Positions 10,491 through 24,345 of a DNA stretch of 64,000 bases are shown one piece after another. The DNA is taken from assembly GCF_963676685.1 (NCBI RefSeq), contig NC_092347.1, forward strand, positions 5,332,001 to 5,396,000. The letters run 5' to 3'. Source of the stretch: Mytilus edulis. Its lineage: Eukaryota. The notes under the pieces are model-generated. The model saw only the letters and a list, made by a program, of their open reading frames with translations, did no database searches and was not told the DNA's origin. The position numbers and the translations under genes were made by a program. Each line of letters starts with the position of its first letter. Position 1 is the first letter of the stretch.

Positions 10491-13113
10491 AAATATTAAA
10501 TTTTATTCCTGGTATCTCTTAGGAGTTTATCTACATAATAATATGTGAGAAACATGAATTCGGAAAAAAGTACAGAAACTAAAGTTTTTCTATCATGGGA
10601 GGAAAGATAATCACTCCTCGCCTCCGATCCGGAATCATTTTCTGTGTGATACATGTTGCCCAACCCATAGCTTTCTGTGTCGTATCGTGTCTTGTTATAG
10701 TTTGTCTTTTCATTGTTGTTCTTCTTGTTCATGGTGGTGTCTGTGTAAGTGACCATTTTATTCTTATTTTCCCCCTTCTCTTTCTTTTTAAACCTGGCAT
10801 GACGTAAGAACTTTTTCAGGTAATCTTCTATCCAAAATTTATGATTAACAGTACGACATCACCATTTCAAATTGTGAATTTTCCTTTCCTTTGCTTGATT
10901 GTGATGCTTCACTGTATCCTTAATGTGAAAAGAACATTTCTTAGTTGGTTTAAAAATTATGCTACGCATGCGGTAAAGTTTAAAATTTCAATGAACCTTT
11001 ATTACTCTTATATAAAAAGATGATGTGGTATGATTGCCATTGAGACAACTATCAACAATATACCACTCAGAAATTAACAAATATAAGTCCAATCGTCCGA
11101 TTTTCATCGAATTTATCTATTACTGAAGTTTTGTTTGCCAGCAGTGATGGTGATACAAGGCTGTGTACATTCTGTATCTTATACTTAAGGAAGAGTGGTT
11201 GTACTAGTATTTGCAGGTATTTTGATTTTTGAAAGCGGCAGTCCACCCGAATCTTTTTTTTTCAATTAAGATGATATTATTTATATTTGAGCAAACAAAA
11301 GGGGGAATTATCCTTTCATTTGGCTTTATTATTTTACTTTTTGGAACTGTTGTTCAATCAGTCTCGTAACGGCTTAATATCACCAACAAGTATCCATGCT
11401 CCATTTTTGCTCTGTTTTATTTTAATCGTTTATCATCAATGAAATGCATTTTATCTGAGGTCTTCAAAAATTAAAGTTAAAGTGCCTGTAAATAAACATA
11501 TCTCATCTTATAGCATTGAAATTGCTATATTGTTTAGTTCAATTTTTTTACTTCAGCGACGAGATGTTCTACATGCGTACAAATCTCTTCCCTTGCGAAT
11601 AAAATTTTTCATTTCAATTTTAAATGCTGTCATTTAATCATTATGATAAATTTTTGATTACTTGGAAATAAACACTTTATCTAGTAAACAAAAGCGTCAT
11701 ATCCATCTGATCGTAAATAATCATTATTTTACCGACTTTTTTTCTTTCATCAGAAACAACAACTCTATAATTCAACAATGTTGTCTGTTTCATCTTGTTT
11801 ACATAAAATCTTTGGTCCAGAACCACGCAATATCCACGCTATATCGACAAGAGCTAGGTGAGCTGTTTAACTGTAATCGTTTAATAACCATGAAATGCAA
11901 TCAATCTGAGGTCTTCAAAGTCTTCAAAATTGCTGTAAATAAACCTATCTCATCTTATGGCCTAGAAAAAAAGAGGCGAAAGATAAAAACTCGCAAGTCA
12001 GATAAAATGGCAACGCGATTGCAAAATTAAAAAGTGACCTTCACATTTTCTTGTTTTTTCAACAAATCAGAAACTCGAATATCTCACTTGACAAATATCA
12101 TTGATACACTTTGTTCAAATCTGTTCAATCTATAGTCAGCTTTACACGTTACGCGCTGTGGTCTTACTATAGTACCGTGGGATACACAAATATTACTGAA
12201 GGAAATTTAAGCTTTAATTATTTGAGAGCACGAGGGATGTTAATATATGTCACGTGTGTCACTGAGGATGGTCACAATTAGGATGTCTAGTATCGTTATA
12301 ATGTTTGTTTTATAGAAATATTTCATAATAACGTCCCTTCAGGAATGAAAGCACCCGGTAAAAGTATAAGGTTACAACAACCAATACCACTATACAATTT
12401 GATTTTCTCTTATTAAAGAATTAATAATTCATAAAAACGTTTCAAAGATTATGAATGAGCTAGTAAATTGGTTGTTATAACAAATTGATCTTTTTTCCTA
12501 TAACAAATTGGTTCAGATATCGGATTTTGCCATGAATATGGCATAATGAATTAAAGAGTATATTAACAGTTTGAAAGACGAAGAACACATTGTGATAACG
12601 ATTGAAAGCTTGTTTTCAAGAAATTCTTAATTCTGTAATTATAGTAGAGTTATCATGCATAACAAGCCCACGGAACGAATAGAAAAATAAAAAGATGATT
12701 TCACTTTTAATAAATTCTTTATGTCTCCGGAAAAATGCAAAATACGAAAAGCTCCCAATGAAATGTGTTTTTGTTTTTGTTTGAACGTTATTATAGTTCG
12801 ACATATTATTTCGTTTAAAAAAATTCTTTAATATTCTAATATTTGCAATTCGTTGTACTTTCTATGACAAATTAGATTTTTAAAGAATTTGTTCCCTGGT
12901 TAATATAACTTTAATTTATCAATTATAAGGTGAAAAGGTGATTGTCATTTTGATTTGTAGAATTGAGTGTCTTGTCTTCAGATGAAACTGTATGGATTCA
13001 GATATAACTAGGAACATATATATAGATATGCTGTTCCCAGGTCAAACCAAACGTAAATTGTATACGTAGTCTGATCTCTGCGTTCATAAAGTATAGCGTA
13101 ATCTAAACACAAA

Positions 13114-13388
13114 AGGAATCTGATGTACAGTATGTGTCGTCTGTTTATGTAGTTCATTAGTTCATAAGTGTTTCTCGTCTCTCGTTTTTATATATATTAG
13201 ACCGTTGGTTTACCCGTTTGAAGGGTTTAACAATAGTATTTTTGGGGGCACTTTATAGCTTGCTTTTCGGTGTGAGCCAAGGCTCCGTGTTGAAGGCCGT
13301 ACCTTCACCTATAATGGTTTACTTTTATAAATTGTTATTTGGATGGAAAGTTGTCTCATTGGCACTCATACCACATCTTCCTATATCT
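13114..13388 (-). mobile_element. Family A subfamily copy
   Basis: AGGAATCTGATGTACAGT...GTTGTCTCATTGGCACTCATACCACATCTTCCTATATCT; colinear with 42190-42560. Confidence 0.75.
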
Positions 13389-14521
13389 AAAAATAGCTGA
13401 CAGTCATTTGTTCATACTATACGAACGTAATAAAACCAATAGTACATCAATTTACAAATCAGATGCAAATCAGACTTCTACTGTCGGACTATTTTCGTCA
13501 TTGATAATATTTGCTTCAATTTTTCTACAGGACAAACTTTGTATTAAAGTTAATTAACAAAATTAATTCCTCGATTATCCATCAAATTGGTTTGTAGTCC
13601 ATGATTCTTTTCTCTTGCCGGAATTTCAATTTGAGCTTTTTTAAATACAAACCCGTGTTATTAAAAAGCCTATAGGAAATGCTGTTATTTTATATGTTGT
13701 CCGTATAAATCTGTAAAGCCGTCACATTAATTTACATTAGTTTACATTATTTATGTTTCAGTGTTTAATGGAGTAATTACTGTCTTGAAAGAACATATTA
13801 ATTTCTTCACTAGCAGTGGATAATATTTCAAGGTAAAATCTTATTTTTTCCCTACTGAAATATTATTAACACTCCTGCGTCAATCAATATATATTTATTT
13901 GTGTATAGAGATTGTGCACCGCTGGTTTATTGTCGTTAGCTGGTACCCTTAATATGTGTGCAGTTTATGGACTAAAAGTCCGTGATTGTTGTTGTACGCT
14001 GCTTCGAATCTAGTGGCTCGCATTACATTATCAATTGGCAAGATTTAAGGTTTGGTTGGACTTTGCATTAGTCTATTTGCAACAAAATGTGAAAGCATTT
14101 GATTGTGTAAAAGATTTTGCAATGATATCGGGTAATCTAGGGATCCTTCCAATGGGCTCTTTACCAAACCATCAACAATAATTAACATTCAATTGGTGTT
14201 TTGTTGGCTCTCATTTTAAAGGAATCATTGGTTTTCTTTAAACAGCTTGAAATCATAACACACATTTTTACAATTGTCACAATGAGATTTATGTAACGGA
14301 GTCATTGATTTTTTTGATTTTTTTTAGATTTTTATCCTAAGATATAGACTTAAAATGATATATTGATGTTCAATTGCACTGCATTTGTCTAGATTATTCG
14401 GTAGTATTGTATATAGATTCCCAAGCATTATATAATTTTTTTAATTATTCATGTTTTCTACAATAATTGATATGTGTTCTTCAAATATAACTCGTGGGGT
14501 ATCAGTCATTATTAAATGAAT

Positions 14522-14825
14522 AACAAGAATGTGTCCCCAGTACACGAATGCCCCGGCACTCGCACTATCACTTTCTATGTTCAGTGGACCGTGAAATTGG
14601 GGTAAACCCTCTAATTTGGCATTAAAATTAAAAAGATCATATCATAGCAAACATGTATACTAAGTTTGAAGTCGATTGGACTTCAACATCATCAAAAAAT
14701 ACCTTGACCAAAAACTTTAACCTGAAGCGGGACAGACGGACGGACGGACGGACGGACAGACGAACGAACGGACGCACAGACCAGAAAACATAATGCCCCT
14801 CTTCTATCATAGGTGGGCATAAAAA
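14522..14825 (+). mobile_element. pearl/HINE-like (Helentron-associated) non-autonomous element
   Basis: AACAAG start, subterminal GTGT..ACAC hairpin, (GACG/GACA)n microsatellite, 3' hairpin ATGCCC...GGGCAT, A-run end. Confidence 0.7.
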
Positions 14826-15383
14826 CATGCATACATCAACTACATATTTAAATTTGATATCATATATGTATATTTATATAAACTTCCGTGTTCTGATGTA
14901 TGTGAGAATACGGTTAGAGTATACATGACAATTTGGGGAGGTGTGGGGCGAATGTTCAATATTTTTTTATATAATGTGATTTGTTGTTGGGCTTCTGGGC
15001 GTCAGATGAGAACTTTACTTTTTCAAAAATGACAAGAATCTCTTTCCGTTGTAATGGAAATTTATTGCCAATCAAATGGTTGAAACCAAATTCTATTACA
15101 ACTTGACTATGGATTCCACATAATAAAACAAATGTCACATTAAGCAAAACGATTCCCGTACCAAATATGCAATATTAAGTTAACCCGAATGAAATCTAGC
15201 AGGTTCTATACCTTCGGCGACAGCTAACAAGCATTGATATAATCAGATTTTGAAGGTAGGTGAACGTTGATTTAAATCTAAACCACATTCGACACTCCAG
15301 AAAGCCTCAGTAATAGCGATTCAAATTTGATGGTGTGACGAGATAAAACAGATTATTTCCTTCTGTTAAGATTAGATAACAAT

Positions 15384-15703
15384 AGGTGAGCCGCACTGTA
15401 GTGGTTAGTTCATCGGACTACTAACACAAAGGTTCCTGTTCGATGGACCCGCGCCGTGGAGAAAATTTCAGGGACTGAATTTTCAGCTCTCCCTTGACAC
15501 CATTGCGAGTATGGTGTTGAGGAAACGATGATAGTCCGTCGGAAGGGGACGATAAATGATTGACCCGTGTCTACAATGAGCCATATCTCTTGCACGTAAA
15601 AGACACCATTGTAGATTTCGAAAAAAGAACTCGCACCAGCAAAGTGGAAAGGGATTAATATCTGTTTCCCAATTCACTATAAATAAATATTTTTAAACTA
15701 AAC
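15384..15703 (+). mobile_element. tRNA-derived SINE with V-domain-like core
   Basis: A-box-like TGTAGTGGTTAG and B-box-like GTTCGAT; core GTCCGTCGGAAGGGGACGATAAA...GCACGTAAAAGACACC...TTTCGAAAAAAG; (AAACT)n tail; TSD TAACAAT at 15377-15383 and 15704-15710. Confidence 0.8.
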
Positions 15704-17559
15704 TAACAATGGGACTTTCTTGGAAGGATTCAGGATTTCGTTGAAAGATTCTAAAAATTAAGAAAGAACAAAAATTCAACTTTTGTGATAGTAAACATTG
15801 CACATGCATTCAGAAATAATGAAACAACATTTGTCGTTCACAGTTAGCATGACGTCAATACCAATTTGACTTATTTTAAAAAAACGTTGCTCAGACTGAA
15901 AAACAAATTTTCGTTATCATGAAAAACATACGATGTACTATTAAAATAACAAAAACAAATCATTGTTTAATGGAATAGTAATTGAATTGTATACCTTATA
16001 CCGTAGGCGTAGTTATTATTAACTGATGGTAATTATTGATATCCAATTAAGTGTTGTATTACTATTAAATGTGAAAAATGTTATTTCCTGTTTGTGTTTA
16101 TTCATTCAAGAATCTATTGTTTAGTAGGTATATCTACTTGACATAAATATGGTCTGTATGGGATATTCGTAGACAAATATTTCAACAAAATATTCATACT
16201 GACAGTAATTCAAAACCGTGAAAAGCTAATATGATCAATGGACTAATTTGTCTCGTCCAAGAGTATATGATATTGAAGATGTGATGACACAAGACAATGA
16301 GGAAAACGAAAGCGATAACGAACAAAATTAAATTGAACAAATTAGTGCCCCAGTATTCCATTATTTATATATATATATAAAAAAAAAAAGAGGTAAATTT
16401 TACTTTCTGAGAATCAACTATGATCAATAACCAGGCTATAAACTAATTTTCTTTTAATTATAATCTATTGCATTACACTAGGATCCTATAGTTATTTTTT
16501 CCCCGGGCGGCTGTAAAAATCAACTATAGAACTACTGGCCTTTATCTTGATATATAAATGTAAGCTTACTTGATGGTCAATGTTCTAAGTATAACTATTA
16601 CCTTACATATGCATCATTCAATGCCAAAGGAACATTGTATGCAGTAGTTTATCTGTTAGCTGATGCAATTTCTTGGTCAATAACCATCCGTTGTAAACTA
16701 AACGTATAATGACCTAGCAGTCAGGAAATAATATGTGCAATCAGAATGTTTACCAATATCTCTTTTGCCGTCAGTTATAGCGGACGTTGTCTCTAATACT
16801 GTTAAAACTTTTGCTAAGATTTCTGGCATTTATTGTTCGTGACATTTTTTTGTTGTTAATTTTTTGTATCCGTTGTTTCCTACGTCTGTTGCTTATTTAC
16901 TGCACCCACTACTGCGTAAAATAATAAAATTAACAACCAATTTAACGTACAAATCAATCAAAGTCAAAACGGATCCCTTTATCTAAAGCATTACAGTTCA
17001 AATTAGCTGCCAAATTCATGTCCATCGAATTGACTAAAACTCAATCAAAATTGATTTATAACATATTTAAACTTACAACATAAGTACAAAAACTGCATAG
17101 GAAACAATTACCAATGCATAGAAACGTAATTCACTTGCAACCAATCAAGATCTATTCAGCCCATGTTTTTGGTGATAAAATAAAGAAATATATAATGTCC
17201 AGACTGCTTAGTTGCTGCTATTTACCTGTACACGCCATAAAACATACTTGGTTGTCTGAAAAGTTACTGCACAGTTATGATATGACTGCAAGTGAATTGC
17301 CTGAACAGTTATGAATTTTCCGCAATGGATAACTCTGAAAATTTACTGAAAATTTACTGAAAATTACCTAATGATTTATTGTTCAAGATTTATAGATGAT
17401 ATTAAGATCAATTTGAAAGCTCCATACTAAAATCCGTTTACTAGACTAGTGTATTTATTTTGATTTTTCTTCTTTTTTCTTCTTCATCAAAATGGATATT
17501 TCTTTTGGTGTTGCTCGCCAAAAAATATTAAACATAATCATTCTTAACGTAAGTTAACA

Positions 17560-17915
17560 TGTGTTTGTATTACTTTTCTACATCGGCTAGAGGAATAGGG
17601 TGAGGGTTGAGATCTCATAAACATGTTTAACCCCGCCGCATGTTTGCGCCTGTCCCAAGTCAGGATCCTCTGGCCTTTGTTAATCCTGTATTATTTTTTA
17701 ATTTAAGTTTCTTGTGTATAATTTGGAGTTTAGTATGGCGTTCATTATCACTGAACTGGTATATATATTTGTTTAGGGGCCAGCTTTAGGACGCCTCTGG
17801 GTGCGGGAATTTCTCGCTGCATTGAAGACCTATTGGTGACCTTCTGCTGTTATCCTGTTCTATGGTCGGGTTGTTGTCTCTTTGACACATTCCCCATATC
17901 CATTCTCAATTGTAT
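17560..17915. mobile_element. Dispersed non-autonomous repeat sharing the AAACATGTTTAACCCCGC...CCCAAGTCAGGA module
   Basis: GC-richer block; module also present at ~45750-45990; 3' end GTTGTCTCTTTGACACATTCCCC resembles the family A end. Confidence 0.6.
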
Positions 17916-20129
17916 TTTTAATAATAAAACGGTTAGTTAACTTTGCGAATTATCAACCTAAGGAAAATAACCTTTTCCACTTTTAACATAACCCTTATCG
18001 TCTTTGCAAATATGAGAGAATTATCCTTATTTCCTTACATCAATTAGGGAATACCAATAGTCTGCTACCAAATGCATCATCAATAGAGAATTAACATTTT
18101 CCAATCTATTGCACCAATAAGAATATGAAGTTGTCAACTAGCCTTCAAAAGGAAAATATCGTATTGGTAGGACAATACCGTTTATACCTCATTTACCACC
18201 AGTATCAATGTCCACTAATATCTATTAAGGTATACCGTAATGGACAACGCACAGTTGGAAAATACCATTGCCTCACTAACATTTAAAGCGAAATATTATT
18301 GTCCCCTAACACCAATAATAAAATATCATTGTCCCTTCGTATACATTTTCAAAACAAACAGTATCCAGTTCTCCTTTGCATCATACTTCATAAATCAAAC
18401 TCAGATTGGGTCATTTCAATCTAAGTCCGCCAAAGCTTTTTATCTCAAAGTTTGTTTTTTTGTTGTTGTTTTTTTGCAAACTTCGACAGTATAGCCTAAC
18501 GACAGAACGTGAAGGATTAGATTAAAGGACAGTTACATGTGTAAAAACAATTAGTTATCTTGTATTAACAGATGTCTGGAGATTTATTATATGGTCATCG
18601 GTCTTCTGGCGTGAATAAGAATTAACTACTGATATATAATAATAACAAGTCTTATCATATACAAGATTTGTTATGATCCCATCCACACTTCTGTATATTG
18701 ATTTATAACAATTATATGATAATAATAGAGCCACCAACGTACAGATAATAGTAATAAAGATTACAATGTAATGCAGTTTTCCGAGACTATCAATTATTGA
18801 CAAAGTAGTTGTAAATTATTGGAAATCTTTGTAACAACAGCCCGGATTCCTAAGGAAAGACTGTTCTGTTTAAGCCATACAGATCTAAAAATTATATATT
18901 TTATGGACAGTGGCACGTAAAACAGCTACACAATTTTATGATTGTAATAAAAAAAATCCCCCGTGACACTAAACCTTTGATCAAAAGTAAAATATATGAG
19001 AGTAAATTTACTGTAACTGTAATTAATTGTACAGGGAATGGTTACATTCATATAAAAATAGATATATGGAGCAAATATTGATTTGAAATACATCAAACAT
19101 TCTCATTTTATACTACTTCAGTTTGTTCACCAAGTAAAACGTTTTTGAGTTTTTATGTTGCCTACATTATGCTTTCATACTTCGTGTCTTGATGTTGTCT
19201 TTACTTCTCTGTATATGCATTGATAGGTCAATATGATTTTGAATAGTAAGGGAGGCTATTTGACATTTGGTGATAGAGGTAGAAGGATTAAAATCAAGGT
19301 TTTAGTGAATAAAAATTCGTTTTCATCTGTTATATCTGATGCTCAGTAGTTAAAGGTTACTTTAGGTGTCTCTTTCATGATTTCTCATTTGTTTTCTTTA
19401 TTTGGTGGGTGAGAGATGTAGTGGATTGGTCACATTCTTTTCAGATTTCATATACTAAGTATATCCTCCTTTGTTTGATTTTTAACATTAAGAGTATCTT
19501 GGTTTAAGGTAATAATTCAAGTCATGATGAATGACATCAACGCATCACTTTTATCCATCTCTTTTGAGATGTATTGATAATAATTCAACGATCTGTAATG
19601 TCCAACTACAATCTATTCGAATTCGAACATTTGTTTTAAACTTATGTAAAAACGACACTTTTCCTTTTAAAAATAATAACTTTTCTCTCATCAAGTGATA
19701 AAAAAGATTTGGAAATGTTTCAGTATATTCCCCAAGTACGTATGATAAGCTATAAAAAATGGGACAGTTTTAAGATAGAAAATTTGGTACACATTGCTAT
19801 TTCTTTAAAGCTACATGTACATGTATCCACAGTCACATTAAAGGCAATTTTATGGTGTTTTTCCTATGTTTCCTGTGATTTTATTTTACTGTTGACTTCG
19901 GTAACATTTGACAACAAAAGAGATTCATTTGTAATTTTATCGGTCATGGGGTTTCTAAATTATCATTTTTCAATCAAAAAAGACCATAAGTGATTTTAAA
20001 TTGGGTACAAAAAGAACAGAAAACCAACGACAGGTACATGTATTTTCATCTTTTGAGCTACACATATATAAGACGTGTTCAAGTACTAAAGACTCTCGTT
20101 CGATCCTAGCGGTTAAAGAAATAGTATAC

Positions 20130-20467
20130 CATTGCCACTTCTGTATTTCCCGAGGGTATCACCAGCCCAGTATTCAGCACAGAAGTACTGACATGAATTT
20201 TTTATTGATCTGTTATATTTATAAATTAACTGTTTACAAAATTTTGAATTTCTGAAATACTAAGGCTTTTCTACCTCAGGCATAGATTACCTTAGCTGTA
20301 TTCGGCAAAACTTTTAGGAATATTGGTCATCAATGTTCTTCATCATCGTATTTTATTTGACCTTTTAACTTTTTTATATTCGAGCGTCACTGATGAGTCT
20401 TTTGAAGACGAAGCACGCGTCTGGCGTATATACAAAATTTAGTCCTGGTATCTATGATGAGTTTATT
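20130..20467 (+). mobile_element. Solo retrozyme-family unit with mutated hammerhead (20384-20427)
   Basis: Colinear with the 365-bp unit; motif reads GCGTCA CTGATGA GTCTTTTGAAGAC GAAG CACGCG TC TGGCGT. Confidence 0.75.
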
Positions 20468-23400
20468 TTCAATCTTCTCTAAAAGAAAAAAAAAGGTTTA
20501 TATTCAAATGTAAAATGTTCTGCTAAGGAGAGAAAGAACAGTTTGAAATTGTAGTGTGATGTTTCTTTTATCATTTTTGGAATACTATCTAATTTCCTTC
20601 CATTGAAAAATGAAATCAGAATTTCGTGCAACTGCTGTGGCAGAAATGATTTTTTTTATTGTATGTGCTGTAATCAGTGTTTTCACCTGTAAGATATTGA
20701 CTTATTGATCTATAAGCTTAATTGATCAAAACATCTTTAAGGATCGTTGTAATGTGACTGAGACAACTTTCTTTTAGTAATTGTAATTCTAATAACTATG
20801 ATTGCTGGGTGTCTATGTGTCTTTGATTTAAACTACCAATTCTATTAAAGGTGAGTTATGATTTTAGCTTCAACCTTCTCTCGAAACGGTAATAGGTCAC
20901 TTTTCAGCACATTACATTTGTTTAATTTCCATTTTAAAAATTAATTTATATTATGTCGTAGAAGATTTATTGCCTTGTCGCATGTTCTCTTTATTGTTAA
21001 AGGTCGATGTTAATTTCCATCATTATTCCTATAGTTCTTTGGCTGTATAACCTGGAAAAGTGTGCAATTACTTTATTAATATTTCATCTAAAACACATTC
21101 CGGTATAAGAGTGTAAAAAACATCAAAAGGAAGAAACTAATAAAAGTAATTTGAGTTCTTTAATTTCTTCTTCTGTTATGTGTTTTATATAAAACCCAAA
21201 GAATAACTAATAAATATACATTTCGGGGCCCGTTTTAGCTGACTAAAAGTCACTATGCGGTATGGGTTTGCTCATTGTTGAAGTCTGTATGATGTTCTAT
21301 GGTTATTAATTTCTGGTCTCTTGTGAAGAGTTGCCTCATTGGCAATCTTACCACATCTTACTTTTTTATATGTATGCAAAATTAGTTCAAACATTTTGAG
21401 AGAAAAAATATGTTAACTGAAAGAGTTTTATAAAACGATAAGTTGAAAGTAAAGACTGCAGCATAATAATCGTTATATAACTGCGAACGAACGATTAAGA
21501 CTTTGGTGTTTTCGTTGAAACAATTATGTATATGTGCAGTCCAGTGACAGGATTGAAAAGAACTATACAGAAACGAAAAAAGAAAAGAACTAAACATGAT
21601 AACGTTTTAAAAAAATCATATACAAATTTTGTCAAAATTTTTCCTTTTTGTTTTTGTGTTACGCCAATGTCTTTTGATGATCCAGTAGTGAAACTAGTGA
21701 TACATTTTTTTTCATAAAAAGACTTGATATAACAAACGGCAATTCTTCCGTTCAGCCAACAGCGGTAAACTTGAACTTAAGATTTCAAAAATTAAAAAAT
21801 AAAATAGCAAAAACGTTATTTTGGAATAGTTTATTTAAACACGTTTAGAGAAAGTTAACCTAAATTTATTTTTGTGGTTTTATATAATTTAGTTTAATGA
21901 ATTGAGACAATATTACAATAATTATGTATCACTTTCATGCAAATTGAAAACATCGAGTATCTGATCTATCCTCGATCAATGACAATACTTCAGAGAGATA
22001 ACATTTCCAACACGTATTTATTTCTAAAACTAAGATTGAAACTACTTAAGGCAATTTGCTATCTTAACTTTGTTTTAACACATTTATTTTTTTATGTTTC
22101 AAAATGTTATGCAATTGACTCTACATTTTTTTTTTTGTCTCGAGCGAATATAATACGGATTATTCCATTAACATGTCTCATCTAGATTTAAATGCGTATC
22201 TTTATGTGCAAATGCAACTGTATCTATAGAACCTGTATTAATTTGTAATAATGAAATAAGAGAACATTACAATCATTTAAGCTTTTTGATGTGTGCTGCA
22301 ATATTTTCATCATTGTATAAAATTAACTGGCCTAACTATTCATACTCTTGGCAGGCCGTAAGGAGAAGCCGGTTTAATGCAAATATATATGAACTGAACA
22401 ATCACATGACAAACAAAAATCGAATAAAATACTTTGATTTATTTTGATTTATTTTGCAATCATTTTGGTATTTTTTTGTATTTATCTTAAGTTTATTTAA
22501 TTACTGCTCTCCGATTGAACTTATATTTTTGTTTGGCCTGTCATACATTTAAACTAGTACTGTAATATGCCCTTCTGTAATCGATGTGTAAAGGTAAACG
22601 TTGAACGCATAGACATTTTATCCATAAAGTCATAAACAATCTCGCAGACGATACATTGCTCCTTGTTCGGTCCTTTTTCAAATTAGTTGGAAGATTTATA
22701 ATAAATGAATATGTTATCTTAATGCACATTTATTAATGCGAAATGACTTACAACTAGTCCAGTTTTCAGATTGAATAATTATGTTTGATCAGTGCTAATA
22801 GCTATTTCTTAGTGCTTTCTGTGATTTATCTTGTTTTTAACTTATTAAGTTCTTACTCTTGCATATCTTCTGTGAACCACGTTGACGTAATACTTTTCTA
22901 GTTATGACATGTGTTCTTATTGAGTCAGTTAGTGTAATTAACAAAACAGAATCATTTTTATTTAATTACCTATAATAAACCATACACAACCGACCCGATT
23001 TAATACATTGGACTTATTGTCGTCTTGCCTTTTTATATTTTTTGTCTGAATATAACAACAGAATGAAGACAGTTTGGGGTGTTTGCACCTATATTTTTAA
23101 TTATCCAGAATCTGAACATCACTAGATGTGAAGTGTTTACGTAAGTGGAAACAGTACATAGCAAACATTTATCCGAAGCAGTTTTTTATCAGCTGACAAT
23201 AGGTTAATTGATATGTAAAAATTGATGATATAAACATGTTTCCGTGTAGGAAAACTTGCATCTTGATCCCGAATTCTCAATATGTCTGTTATCATATTTG
23301 TTAGATTTCTTGTCTCATTGACGTATACCTCATATCTTGTTTTGTCACATCAATTCTACGAAGCCCCGGCAATCACAATGTTGACCGCTTGAGTTCAATT

Positions 23401-23480
23401 GATATTACGAAAACTTTTCATACAAATGAGGATTTATTCCTATATGTTAAATAGAAGCTTGCATAGTGTTGAAGATTGTT

Positions 23481-24345
23481 AACTTTTATTGTTGTCTTTT
23501 GATGATTTGTGTCGTTGGGTTGCTGTCTTTTGAACTTTTATTGTTGTCTTTTGATGATATGTGTCGTTGGGTTGCTGTCTCATTAACTTTTATTGTTGTC
23601 TTTTGATGATATGTGTCGTTGGGTTGCTGTCTTTTGAACTTTTATTGTTGTCTTTTGATGATATGTGTCGTTGGGTTGCTGTCTCATTAACTTTTATTGT
23701 TGTCTTTTGATGATATGTGTCGTTGGGTTGCTGTCTCATTAACTTTTATTGTTGTCTTTTGATGATATGTGTCGTTGGGTTGCTGTCTTTTGAACTTTTA
23801 TTGTTGTCTTTTGATGATATGTGTCGTTGGGTTGCTGTCTCATTAACTTTTATTGTTGTCTTTTGATGATATGTGTCGTTGGGTTGCTGTCTTTTGAACT
23901 TTTATTGTTGTCTTTTGATGATATGTGTCGTTGGGTTGCTGTCTCATTAACTTTTATTGTTGTCTTTTGATGATATGTGTCGTTGGGTTGCTGTCTTTTG
24001 AACTTTTATTGTTGTCTTTTGATGATATGTGTCGTTGGGTTGCTGTCTCATTAACTTTTATTGTTGTCTTTTGATGATATGTGTCGTTGGGTTGCTGTCT
24101 CATTAACTTTTATTGTTGTCTTTTGATGATATGTGTCGTTGGGTTGCTGTCTCATTAACTTTTATTGTTGTCTTTTGATGATATGTGTCGTTGGGTTGCT
24201 GTCTCATTAACTTTTATTGTTGTCTTTTGATGATATGTGTCGTTGGGTTGCTGTCTCATTAACTTTTATTGTTGTCTTTTGATGATTTGTGTCGTTGGGT
24301 TGCTGTCTTTTGATGATATGTGTCGTTGGGTTGCTGTCTCATTGA
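23481..24345. repeat. 52-bp minisatellite (about 16 copies, two variants)
   Basis: AACTTTTATTGTTGTCTTTTGATGATATGTGTCGTTGGGTTGCTGT(CTCATT/CTTTTG). Confidence 0.97.

Larger units (their letters stand above)
9427..10530 (+). mobile_element. Non-LTR retrozyme-like tandem array (3 x ~365 bp), each unit with a type I hammerhead ribozyme
   Basis: Units start at 9427, 9792 and 10157 and are near-identical; each contains GCGTCA-CTGATGA-GTCT-TTTGT-AGAC-GAAA-GGCGCG-TH-TGGCGT. Confidence 0.8.

Noticed and set aside
15385-15460. tRNA gene
   Set aside because: Only degenerate A/B boxes, continuing into a SINE core and tail with a TSD
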